Positions 43,936-53,129 of a stretch of DNA of 64,000 nucleotides are shown in pieces; position 1 is the stretch's first letter, and the number at the start of each line of letters is the position of its first letter. Under the pieces are notes generated by a model, which made no database searches, was not told where the DNA came from, and was given only the letters and a program-made list of their open reading frames with translations. The DNA lies in the NCBI GenBank assembly GCA_963778655.1, contig CAVZVA010000005.1, positions 416,001 through 480,000 on the forward strand. The letters are read 5' to 3'. The DNA comes from an uncultured delta proteobacterium. GTDB lineage: Bacteria > Myxococcota_A > Polyangia > Polyangiales > JAFGIB01. The translations under genes and the position numbers were made by a program.

Positions 43936-46593
43936 ATGGAGCACTATCGATTGCTGATTGGGGGCGAGCTGGTGGACGCGGCCGACGGGGCTCGCAACGA
44001 GAGCACCGATCCAGGCTCGGGGGAGGTCGTGGCGACCTGCGCACGCGCCAGCGCACGTGAGGCCGAGCAGGCCGTCGATGCCGCGGCTCGCGCCTTCGAG
44101 GCGGGGCTCTGGCGCGGCCTCGATCCGAGCGAGCGCGCGCGCGTCATGATGGACCTGGCCGATCGCATCCAAGAGAAGGCGACCGAGATCGGCTTGCTCG
44201 AGGCGCGCGACAGCGGCGGCGTGATGCGACGCACGATCGGCGACGTCCACATGGGCGCGCGCTTGATCCGCAACCTGGCCCGCGCGGCGCAGCAGGACTT
44301 CCCCTGGATCACCGAGGTGCCTGAAGCGAGCGGGCCGCTGTTTCCCAGCCGGCACTACATTCGGCGCGAGCCGATCGGCGTGTGCGTGGGCATCGTGCCC
44401 TGGAATTTCCCCTTCACCATGGGCATCTGGAAGGTCGCCATGGCCGCGCTGATGGGCAACAGCGTGATCTTGAAGCCCGCCAGCGACACGCCGCTGTCCG
44501 CGCTCGCGCTGGCCCGCATCGTCGCCGAGTCCAAGATCCCCAAGGGCGTCATCAACATCATCGCAGGTCCGGGCGGCACGCTCGGTCAGGTGCTCTGCAC
44601 CCATCCCAAGGTCGACAAGATCGCCTTCACGGGCTCGACCGAGGTGGGCGCGCAGATCATGGCGATGGCCTCGCGCACGGTGAAGAAAGTCACGCTCGAG
44701 CTCGGCGGCAAATCCGCGAACATCGTGCTGCCCGATGCCGATCTCGACTCCGCGGTGGACGGCGCGATCCTCGGCTCGTTCCTGCACTCCGGCCAGGTGT
44801 GCGAATCGGGAACCCGGCTGTTGTTGCCGGACTCGCTGTACGACCAGTTCATGCAGAAGCTGCGCGCGCGCGTGGAGCAGATCCGCGTCGGCTACCAGCT
44901 CCATCCCAAGACCAAGATGGGCCCGCTGGTCAGCAAGAAGCAGCTGGCCACGGTGGCCGAATACGTGCGCATCGGGCGCGAGGCCGGCGCCGAGCTGGTG
45001 ACCGGCGGGCACGAGGTGGAGGTCGAGGGCTTTTCCAAGGGCTGCTACTACGCGCCCACGATCTTCGGCGACGTCGGCAACGACGCACGCATCGCGCAGG
45101 AAGAGATCTTCGGCCCCGTGCTGAGCGTGATTCGCTACCAGAGCGAGGACGAGGCCGTCGCCATCGCCAACGACTCGGTCTACGGGCTCGCGGGCGGCGT
45201 CTGGTCGCGCGACGTCGCGCGCGCCGAACGCGTGGCCGCGCAGATCCGTACCGGTACGATGTGGATCAACGACTACCACGTGTTCAGCGACCTCGCGCCG
45301 TTCGGCGGTTACAAGCAGAGCGGGGTCGGCCGCGAGCTCGGGGTGTGGGGACTCGAGGAGTACACCGAGGTCAAGCACGTTCACATCGGCTCCGAGGGTC
45401 ACCCGGCGTTGCGTCCGGGCAACCGCTTGCTCATGAGCTATCCACGCACGACCGGCTTCAGCTGGAACGGACCGACCAAGCTCACGATCGGCGCGGGCAG
45501 AGCCTCGGCAGTGGCCGAGGAGGTGATGCACCTCGGGGTCAAGCGTGTGCTGCTGCTGAGCGATCGCGGGATCGAGCAGACCGGCTTGCTGGCGCGCGTG
45601 CAGGGCGCCCTCGGATCGATGCTGGCCGCGACTTTCCTCGACGTACCGCAGGACTCGAGCCTGGCGACGGTCGACGCCGCCAGCCTGCTCGGGCGCGAGG
45701 CCGGTGTCGACGGCGTGGTCAGCGTGGGCGGCGGAAGCGTGATCGACACGGCCAAGGCGGTGGCGGTTTGCCTCGGCGCGGGCGGCAAGGCGATCGATCA
45801 CGTCGGCGTACACATGCTGCGCGGCAAGCCTGTGCCGCACGTGGTGCTGCCGACCACCGCGGGCACGGGCAGCGAGGTCACCAACACCGCGGTGATCCAT
45901 CACGCCGAGGCGGGTCGCAAGGTGTACATCCTGGCCGACAGCTTGATCCCCGACACCGCGATCCTCGATCCCATGCTGACCGTGGGTCTGCCGCGCGGCC
46001 TCACGGCCTCGACCGGGATGGACGCGCTCACCCACGCGATCGAGGCGGTGGTGAGCAAGACCGGCAATCCGATCAGCGAAGGGCTTGCGCTGCAGGCAAT
46101 CCGCATGATCGCGCAGCGGTTGCCCGAAGTGATCGAGCACCCCGACAACCTGGAGGCCCGCGTGCAGATGCAGCTGGCCTCCAGCATGGCCGGCTGGGCG
46201 TTTTCGGTCGCGGGCGTGGGCCTTGTGCACGGCATGTCGCACGCGCTCGGCGCTCGCCAGCGCGTCCCACACGGAACGGCCAACGGCATCCTGTTGCCCC
46301 ATGTCATGCGCTTCAACGTCGAGGCAGCCGGCCCGAAGCTCGCGCAGGTCGCGCGCGCGCTGGGCGTGCAGGAAGCCGCGGGCGAGTCCGAGTTGGCGAT
46401 GCTGGGCGCGGCCGCGGTGGCCACGCTGCTCGCGCGCATTGGGCACCCGCTGCGGCTGTCGGAGGTCAAGGTCGAGGCCAACGACCTGGAGAATTGCGCG
46501 GAGCTGGCGTTGACCGACGGTGCGACCAGCACCAATCCGCGCGCGCTGCGCTCTGCGGCGGAGATCGTCTCGGTGTACCGCCAGGCGATCTGA
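43936..46593 (+). CDS. Fusion of NAD-dependent aldehyde dehydrogenase and iron-containing alcohol dehydrogenase
   Basis: PWNFP, FTGST, LELGGK, GQVC, EEIFGP, PFGGYKQSG; then GGGSVID, PTTAGTGSE, DALTHAIE, HGMSH..HG. Confidence 0.92.
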   Translation: MEHYRLLIGGELVDAADGARNESTDPGSGEVVATCARASAREAEQAVDAAARAFEAGLWRGLDPSERARVMMDLADRIQEKATEIGLLEARDSGGVMRRTIGDVHMGARLIRNLARAAQQDFPWITEVPEASGPLFPSRHYIRREPIGVCVGIVPWNFPFTMGIWKVAMAALMGNSVILKPASDTPLSALALARIVAESKIPKGVINIIAGPGGTLGQVLCTHPKVDKIAFTGSTEVGAQIMAMASRTVKKVTLELGGKSANIVLPDADLDSAVDGAILGSFLHSGQVCESGTRLLLPDSLYDQFMQKLRARVEQIRVGYQLHPKTKMGPLVSKKQLATVAEYVRIGREAGAELVTGGHEVEVEGFSKGCYYAPTIFGDVGNDARIAQEEIFGPVLSVIRYQSEDEAVAIANDSVYGLAGGVWSRDVARAERVAAQIRTGTMWINDYHVFSDLAPFGGYKQSGVGRELGVWGLEEYTEVKHVHIGSEGHPALRPGNRLLMSYPRTTGFSWNGPTKLTIGAGRASAVAEEVMHLGVKRVLLLSDRGIEQTGLLARVQGALGSMLAATFLDVPQDSSLATVDAASLLGREAGVDGVVSVGGGSVIDTAKAVAVCLGAGGKAIDHVGVHMLRGKPVPHVVLPTTAGTGSEVTNTAVIHHAEAGRKVYILADSLIPDTAILDPMLTVGLPRGLTASTGMDALTHAIEAVVSKTGNPISEGLALQAIRMIAQRLPEVIEHPDNLEARVQMQLASSMAGWAFSVAGVGLVHGMSHALGARQRVPHGTANGILLPHVMRFNVEAAGPKLAQVARALGVQEAAGESELAMLGAAAVATLLARIGHPLRLSEVKVEANDLENCAELALTDGATSTNPRALRSAAEIVSVYRQAI

Positions 46594-46854
46594 CGCTCGC
46601 GATTGCCACTGGGCCCGCCGGCTGCTCCGCGCCCGGGCTCAGTGCTGACCTCGACCGGTGGCGCGGCTTGCGTACGACAGAGGAAACCTACCCTGGGTAG
46701 GGTCCGGCTCGTGCAACCCGGGCCAGCTGGGGCTGGTGCTTGGCACAGCCAGCGCCCACCAGAAGCGCGATCAGCATCACGCGGCAGACGCTCACCGGAC
46801 GATCATACACGACGGGTTCGCACCGTTATCCCACTGTGTCTGCGTCGCGCTCAC

Positions 46855-47763
46855 ATGAGCCCGCGTTCTGGTGCCGCCTGGCTGCCATTGCTCGGGACTC
46901 GCGCTAGGCTGCTTGGTGTGTGGCCCTCGCGCGCGCTGTGGATGATCGCGTCGTGCGCCGCGATCAGCGGGGCGTGTGCCGGCGCGCTGACTCCGATGCG
47001 GCCGGGGCTGCGCTCGCAACGCGCGCGTACCGGCATTGCCGGGCTGGCCTCCCCCGCCGCGACCGCCGCCGCACAGCCCGCGAGCCCGCCGCAGGACCTG
47101 TACGTGCACTGCGACGACCGCGACGACTGCCCGAGCGCGGTCGGCATGCTGGTGGTCGACGACCAGCCGGGACAAGAGCCCGAGCGCTGCACCGTCAGCC
47201 TGATCGCGCCTGATCGCGCGCTGACCGCGAGCCATTGTCTGTCCCCGCGCGAGCGGCACGCCGGAGCCGGCTGCGCCCGTACCTGGGTGCTGTTTCCGGC
47301 CACCCAAGACGCTCCCGCTGAGAGCGTGGCCTGCGCGCGCGTGTTGTTCGCGGCCGAGGTCGTCGACCAGAGCGCGCTGCACCAGGAGCACGCCGAGCTG
47401 CAGCTGGCGCGGCCGGTGGCGCGCGTGCCGCTGGCGCTCAGCGCGGCTCCGCTGGAGCCCGGCAGCATCGTCACCGTGGTGTCGGTCACCCCGCACCCCA
47501 TATACGGCAGCACGCACGCGCTGACCACGCGGCTGTGCCAGACGATCGACCCGCAGGCGGCGGAGGATGCGCTCGGCCCGGCTGCCGGCAACGTCGGCTG
47601 GCTGGCCGGCTGCCCGATCGCGCGCGGCAACTCGGGCTCGCCGGTACTCGACGACCAGGGTCGCATCCGCGCGATCGTGCACGGCGGCACGTCGACCAGC
47701 TCCGCGTTCGCGGTAACCAGCGCGCTTCTTTCGGCGCGTCTCGGGAACCCGGGCATGCGCTAA
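46855..47763 (+). CDS. Trypsin-like serine protease lipoprotein
   Basis: CTVSLIAPDRALTASHC and GNSGSP; start uncertain. Confidence 0.75.
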   Translation: MSPRSGAAWLPLLGTRARLLGVWPSRALWMIASCAAISGACAGALTPMRPGLRSQRARTGIAGLASPAATAAAQPASPPQDLYVHCDDRDDCPSAVGMLVVDDQPGQEPERCTVSLIAPDRALTASHCLSPRERHAGAGCARTWVLFPATQDAPAESVACARVLFAAEVVDQSALHQEHAELQLARPVARVPLALSAAPLEPGSIVTVVSVTPHPIYGSTHALTTRLCQTIDPQAAEDALGPAAGNVGWLAGCPIARGNSGSPVLDDQGRIRAIVHGGTSTSSAFAVTSALLSARLGNPGMR

Positions 47764-47808
47764 ATCAGAGTTTGTGATTCGATCCCGAATCGCGAACTCT
47801 GATTTAGC
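47759..47808. repeat. 50-bp hairpin starting at the TAA stop (CTAA...TTAG)
   Basis: gctaaatcagagtttgtgattcg-atcc-cgaatcgcgaactctgatttagc. Confidence 0.7.
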
Positions 47809-47928
47809 TGTCTGCATGCTGGCGCTGTGAGCGCGCGCCCATTCCGATGGCGCGCATGGCCCAACAGGCGTGCGCCTGACCGCGCTCGTGGTCGCTGGCG
47901 GATTCGACGAGTCGTGTAGGATAGGCGC

Positions 47929-49386
47929 ATGGGAGGTCGACTTCTCCGCGACCCGAAGCCTGGTCTGGCCGCAGCGCGCGCTTGGGCGTGCTGGGTGTTG
48001 CTGGTCGCGGGCGCCTGCTCCGGCTCGTCGGGGCCCAGCGGCACGCTCGCGGAGCGGGATGCCGGCGGGACGCGCACCGCGACGAGCGATGCAGGATCGG
48101 GGCGCGCCATCGGGCGTGCTCAGGCAAGCAGCCTGGATGCGGGCGGCCCGCCCGCGGGCGATGCGGGGGCGAGCTCCGACTCCGACTCCGGTTCCGATGG
48201 AGGACCCGTACGCCACGTCGCGCTCGCCTCGACCGGCGCGCAGCTACTGGTGAGTGGCCCCGACCTCGGCCTTCAGCTCACCGACGCCGATCTGGCGCAG
48301 GATGCCGACGTGATCGCGATCCACCAGGAGTTCTACGGCGTGCCGTGGGACGCATTCGAAGCGAATACAGACCCGCCGCCGGAATGGACGCAGCGCATGC
48401 AAGCGCTCGCGCGGAGCGCCAAGACCGCGGGGCGGCCGGTGTTTCTGTCGATCACACCGCTCAACGGGGACCGCAAGACCCTCGCGGCCCGCACGCGCAT
48501 CGACAACGGCGCGATCAAGACCGACGATAACTGGGCGGCGCCCTGCTACGACTTCGCGTCCGCACCCGATGCGGCCCAGAAGCAGCGGGCCTACCTGCGT
48601 TATCTGCGTCAGATGATGGCGTGGTTCGAGCCGCGCTGGCTCAACCTCGCGGTCGAGATCAACCTGTTCTTCGAGAAGTGCCCCAGCGCGGCGCCCGGTC
48701 TGGTGGAGCTCGAGCAAGCTGCCTATGACGCGGCCAAAGCGCAGGACCCTCGCATTATCGCATTTCCGTCGATCCAAATCGATCATCTCTACGGTTACTC
48801 GACGGACAGCTGCGCGGATCCCGCCATGCGCGACCAGTGCTTCAAGCAGGCGCTCGCGCAGGTTCAACCCCTGGCAGGCGACCGCTTCGCGATGTCCTCC
48901 TATCCCTACCTGCAGGGCCAGCAAGTGAGCGACCTGCCGGCCGACTGGTTCGTGCGTGCGGCAAACATCCTAGGCGAGCCGCCGCTGATCGCCGAGACGG
49001 GCTGGCTGTCGACCGATCTGAGGGCGCAGCTCAACGGGAGCTGCCAAACGCCCGTGTACGGCAGCTCGGAGGAAGCCGCCAACTACCTGGCTTACGTGCT
49101 GGACGCGGCCGACGCACACGGTATCGAGCTCGTCACCTGGTGGTCCGATCGCGACCTGCTTCCCACCCGGCTCATGACCGATTGCCCGTGCTCGCTCAGC
49201 TCGGAATGGTGCAGCGTGGTCGACACCTTCCGTATGGCCGCAGGCGCAGATCCGCAATCGGCGTACGTCGGCGAGATCTTGCTCAAGGCCTTCGGGACCA
49301 TGGGGCTGCGCGACTACGATGGAGTGCCCAAGCCCGAGCTGATGTCGCGCTGGAGCGCTGCGCGCGTGCTGCCGCTCGTGTTGTGA
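47929..49386 (+). CDS. Lipoprotein with probable glycoside-hydrolase-like TIM barrel
   Basis: VAGAC lipobox; NLAVEIN and IAETGW resemble clan GH-A catalytic motifs. Confidence 0.65.
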   Translation: MGGRLLRDPKPGLAAARAWACWVLLVAGACSGSSGPSGTLAERDAGGTRTATSDAGSGRAIGRAQASSLDAGGPPAGDAGASSDSDSGSDGGPVRHVALASTGAQLLVSGPDLGLQLTDADLAQDADVIAIHQEFYGVPWDAFEANTDPPPEWTQRMQALARSAKTAGRPVFLSITPLNGDRKTLAARTRIDNGAIKTDDNWAAPCYDFASAPDAAQKQRAYLRYLRQMMAWFEPRWLNLAVEINLFFEKCPSAAPGLVELEQAAYDAAKAQDPRIIAFPSIQIDHLYGYSTDSCADPAMRDQCFKQALAQVQPLAGDRFAMSSYPYLQGQQVSDLPADWFVRAANILGEPPLIAETGWLSTDLRAQLNGSCQTPVYGSSEEAANYLAYVLDAADAHGIELVTWWSDRDLLPTRLMTDCPCSLSSEWCSVVDTFRMAAGADPQSAYVGEILLKAFGTMGLRDYDGVPKPELMSRWSAARVLPLVL

Positions 49387-49494
49387 GGCTACCTACGTCG
49401 CGGCGCTCGGCGTGGTCGCTCCCTCTGGCCTGCAGCGCGGTTTCATCACGGCGATGCGTTGGCTGGTCGAGCCCGCTGGCATCGCTCTCGCGCC

Positions 49495-50532
49495 TCAGTC
49501 TTCGGAGGTGTCCCAGGCAGCACGGTAGTTGAGGCCGAGGTTGAGGATGCGCTGCAGCAGCTCCGGGTAGCCGACACCTTCGGCCTGCGCGCTGCGGGCG
49601 AAGTCCTCTTCCTTCTGCAGGGCGGGGTTGGGGTTGGCCTCGAGCGCGTAGACATCGCCGTTCGGCGCAAGCCGCAGGTCCATGCGCGCGTAGCCGGTCA
49701 GGCGCAGCACGCGATAGATGCGGGTGCACATGCGTGCGATGTGCTCGGGTGCACCTCCCGGCAGGTCGACTGCTTGCTGCGTGACGATCTTGTACTTCTT
49801 CTGGTATGCGAGGTCCCACTTGACCTTGCGCGTGGCGATGCGCGGCACGTGCTCCGGCAGCTGATCCAGCCCCAGCTCCCAGATCGGAAATGTGTGCAGC
49901 CGCTCGTTGCCCACCACGCCGACGTAGAGCTCGCGGCCCTCGACATACTCTTCGGCGATCACGTCGCTGCCGAAGGTCTCGTGCATGAACTCGACCCGCT
50001 CTTTGAGCTTCTCGTCGCTGGTGACGAGCGAGGCCTGCGCGATGCCGAGCGAGGCCTCCTCGTTTAGCGACTTGACCACGATCGGATAGGGCAGCTTGGC
50101 CGGTTTGCGCGCCTTCTTGCCGACTGGAAACACAGCAAAGCGCGGGACGCGGATGCGGTGATAGGCGAGCAGCTCCTTGGACAGCCCCTTGTCGCGCGCG
50201 AGCATCAAGCCGCGCGGGTTACAGCCGGTGTAGCGCTTGCGCAGCAGCTCCAAGTAGCCGACCACGTGCTGGTCGTAGATGGCGACACCGTCGAAGTCGA
50301 CCAGCAGGTTGAAGGCGATGTCCGGCTGGAGCTCGCTGAACGCCTGCCGGATCGGGCGCAGGTCTCCCCCGACCGGCAGCTTGAGCACCTCGTGCCCGAG
50401 CTCCTGCATGCCTTCGATCACGTCGAGCTCGGTCTGGAACTCGGCGATCTGCTTGTCGGAGCAGCCCTTGAGGTCGGAGGGGGGGACCAGCTCTTCGTGC
50501 AACAACACCAGAACCTTGAGCCGTTTTCTCAT
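49495..50532 (-). CDS. D-Ala-D-Ala-ligase-like ATP-grasp protein
   Basis: YTGC, DKGLSK, YPIVVK..EEASLGI, EEYVEGREL, GYARMDLR, LEANPNP. Confidence 0.88.
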   Translation of the reverse strand: MRKRLKVLVLLHEELVPPSDLKGCSDKQIAEFQTELDVIEGMQELGHEVLKLPVGGDLRPIRQAFSELQPDIAFNLLVDFDGVAIYDQHVVGYLELLRKRYTGCNPRGLMLARDKGLSKELLAYHRIRVPRFAVFPVGKKARKPAKLPYPIVVKSLNEEASLGIAQASLVTSDEKLKERVEFMHETFGSDVIAEEYVEGRELYVGVVGNERLHTFPIWELGLDQLPEHVPRIATRKVKWDLAYQKKYKIVTQQAVDLPGGAPEHIARMCTRIYRVLRLTGYARMDLRLAPNGDVYALEANPNPALQKEEDFARSAQAEGVGYPELLQRILNLGLNYRAAWDTSED

Positions 50533-51548
50533 CGCGCCAGCCGATCGTGCCCTGCGGAGATGTACCGCGCCAGCTGGACCGCAACGCGGCGCGTACGCTG
50601 GTTTTCGGTTTGCGTTAGACCGTTGCGTACCACAAGGTCGAGCGCTTCGCTGCGCTCGATCATTTCGCGCAACACGCGATCGATCTCGTAGCGCCGCGCG
50701 CCGGTCTGCTCTGCAACAGCCTTGCGCAGCATGGGGCTTCGGCGCTGCAAGTAGATTGCTGCGCCGAGGCCGTTGGCACCGGGCTTGCGGGCCGCAAACA
50801 GGCGCTTGAGGTCACGCTCGTAGGCATGCTTGAGGTTGACGCCGTAGCGGCGTCGCTTGTTCTCGTAGTACTCGGCCAAGGTCTGGGTCAGCGCGTGAAG
50901 CGGCTCGACTTGCTTCTTCGAGCGTACGGGCGGGCGCCGGCCTGCGAGCTCGCGCATCAGCCGGTCGACGTACCGCAGCTTGCGCATCGCGGGCCAACCC
51001 AGATAGCGAGTCCGCCAGCTAGAGCCCGGGTCGAGCCAGACCGCCACGGTCTCGGCGAAGTCCTCGGCAGGATGGCTCTGGGCGTACCAGTTTTCCAGGT
51101 GGCGCACGTAGCGGCGGCTGTACGGCTTGGGCTTGTAGTGACGGCGGTATGGCGCGTCGAACGAGCCGAACACCTGCTCCCAGTCAGGGCGTTCGTGAAT
51201 GCGATAGGCCGAATCGAGCGCGTGGCCGGCCTCGTGGCGCAGCAGCCTCAGGAACGAGCGCGGGCTACCGCCTTCGACTTGACGCATCTGCTGGGCCTCG
51301 AGTGCCTGCAACCGTGGGTGCGCGAGATAGAACGCGATCGCGAAGCCGGGGACCCCGTCCGGTGAGAACCACTCGGTCGACAGCCAGATGTGCGGCACGA
51401 ACAGCAGGCCGCGCCGCGCCAACTCGGGGTAGATCTGCTGCGCCCGCGCCTCCAGCTCCGAGCCCTGCAGCCGCAGCCCAAGGTCGCATAGCCGGGTCCC
51501 GAGCAGCGCCCGCGTCGACAGCTCTGAAAGACTCCGTTCCCGGCCCAT
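50529..51548 (-). CDS. Putative zinc-binding metallopeptidase (zincin)
   Basis: LRHEAGH, YAQSHPAEDFAET; ATGA overlap with the ATP-grasp gene. Confidence 0.85.
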   Translation of the reverse strand: MGRERSLSELSTRALLGTRLCDLGLRLQGSELEARAQQIYPELARRGLLFVPHIWLSTEWFSPDGVPGFAIAFYLAHPRLQALEAQQMRQVEGGSPRSFLRLLRHEAGHALDSAYRIHERPDWEQVFGSFDAPYRRHYKPKPYSRRYVRHLENWYAQSHPAEDFAETVAVWLDPGSSWRTRYLGWPAMRKLRYVDRLMRELAGRRPPVRSKKQVEPLHALTQTLAEYYENKRRRYGVNLKHAYERDLKRLFAARKPGANGLGAAIYLQRRSPMLRKAVAEQTGARRYEIDRVLREMIERSEALDLVVRNGLTQTENQRTRRVAVQLARYISAGHDRLAR

Positions 51549-51679
51549 TCCTGCCGGACATTCTCGAGCGCAACCCTTTCGCGTACAACCCGCCAGCGCG
51601 ATTTTGAGCCTCATAGCCGGGCTGGTCGGCCATGCTTGGCGCACAATTGCGCGGTGCGGAGCGAACCGACGGCGAAGCC

Positions 51680-51890
51680 GAGCGGGGTGCTGCTGCGGCC
51701 AGCGCTCTTGCTCTGCGCGCGGGTCGGAGCGGTCTACCTGCCGAGCCTGTGGGCACCGTTCATCTACGATGACTACGGCGCGGTCGTGGACGACGCGAGC
51801 ATCCGCCTGGTCCCGCTCGGCCCGGCGCTGCGGCCGCCGCCGGACACGCCGGTCAGCGGCCGGGCGCTGCTCAATCTCAGCTTCGCCTGA
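51680..51890 (+). pseudogene. N-terminal fragment of a TMTC-like (GT-C, TPR) membrane glycosyltransferase
   Basis: VYLPSLWAPFIYDD...IR...PPDTPVSGRALLNLSFA then stop; resembles the first-loop DD motif of bacterial TMTC-like proteins. Confidence 0.6.
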
Positions 51891-52089
51891 GCCACGCGTT
51901 CGGTGTTTGCCAGGTCACGAAAGGTCGTGCGCGGAGCGGCACTCTCGCGCAAAGCCTTCGTGCCCGCTTGTCGTTTGCGTGTCGGTTGAGGCACCACGCA
52001 CCGAAACGCCTTGACTCGATGATCGTGAGGCAGCTATGCCGGCTTCCCGGGGTAGTCGGTCTGGGGATCCACACACAGCGGAGAGTTTG

Positions 52090-52965
52090 ATGAGAACCTG
52101 GAACACAGTTCTGTTGTCCGCCTGCATCTGTTTCGTCGCCTACGGATGCGCTGCCCCAACGGCCAGCGAGGACGAAGTCGGAGCCGAGGTGCAAGCCAAC
52201 GCCCAAGCCCTGTCCAAGGGCAAGCTGCTGGCCTTGGGAGATTCGGTCGCGTTCGGCTACAACCCGCTCGGCGATTTCACTGAGAAGAACACCTTCGTCG
52301 GCTACCCCGAGCTGCTGAAGTCGGAGTACTCGATCAAGAATGCCTCCTGTCCCGGCGAGACCTCCGGGTCGCTGTTGTCCCCGACTGCGCCGGACTACGG
52401 CTGCAGGGCCTATCGCGCTGCGTATCCGCTGCACGTCAACTACGGCGACAACGAAACCCAGCTCGACTATGCGCTGAGCAGGATCGAAGGCAGGGATGCC
52501 AACGCCGCGCCGGACCTGATCACGCTGAACGTTTCCGGAAACGATATCTTTCTGTTGGAGGCGAGCTGCGCCGACGACCCCAGCGGGTCCACTGCGTGCT
52601 TCCTGGCCGGCTTGCCGGACTTGATCGGCTCGGTCGCCCAGAACGTCGGCACGATCTTCGACCGCATTCGCAATGAGGGCGGTTACGAGGGCCGCCTCGT
52701 GTTTATGACGCTGTATTCGCTCGACTACAACGACCCGGTCTCGGTCGCCGTGCTCACAGCGCTGAACGGGCCCGTGTCCGCCGTCGCGAGGTCGTACGGC
52801 GCGGAAATTGCGGATGGCTATGGCGCCTTTCTGCTGGCGTCCGGCCCGGGCAAGGATCCGTGTGCGGCTGGGCTGTTGATTCCTCTGCCCTCGGGCGGAT
52901 GCGACGTTCACCCGACGCCGGAGGGCGCAGAGGTCCTGGCCCAGTCGGTGCGCGACGCGCAGTAG
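52090..52965 (+). CDS. SGNH/GDSL hydrolase lipoprotein
   Basis: AYGC lipobox, ALGDS, SGND, DVHP. Confidence 0.88.
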   Translation: MRTWNTVLLSACICFVAYGCAAPTASEDEVGAEVQANAQALSKGKLLALGDSVAFGYNPLGDFTEKNTFVGYPELLKSEYSIKNASCPGETSGSLLSPTAPDYGCRAYRAAYPLHVNYGDNETQLDYALSRIEGRDANAAPDLITLNVSGNDIFLLEASCADDPSGSTACFLAGLPDLIGSVAQNVGTIFDRIRNEGGYEGRLVFMTLYSLDYNDPVSVAVLTALNGPVSAVARSYGAEIADGYGAFLLASGPGKDPCAAGLLIPLPSGGCDVHPTPEGAEVLAQSVRDAQ

Positions 52966-53067
52966 CACGCGGTTCACGAGCGACCGCGCTCGAGGCGCTC
53001 GAGGCGCGCCCAGGCGAGCAGGGGCAGGCTGCCCACCGTCAGCTCCTGCCCACGCCGCCGCCTCTCC

Positions 53068-53096
53068 TTGACACGAAAGCTAATTGTGCTAGCCAT
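53068..53096 (+). promoter_or_regulatory. Sigma70 -35 box with an overlapping putative TetR operator
   Basis: TTGACA at 53068 followed by the dyad gcta-attgtgc-tagc, upstream of the hydrolase-TetR pair. Confidence 0.5.
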
Positions 53097-53129
53097 TGGG
53101 CTATCTACATGATCCAAGGAGGCAGCACG

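Noticed and set aside
43912..46446. Long antisense or alternative-frame ORFs (also 5259-7604, 16053-17951, 22468-24333, 32223-34499, 38772-40691, 61099-63096)
   Set aside because: Shadow ORFs of real genes in high-GC DNA with no recognisable motifs
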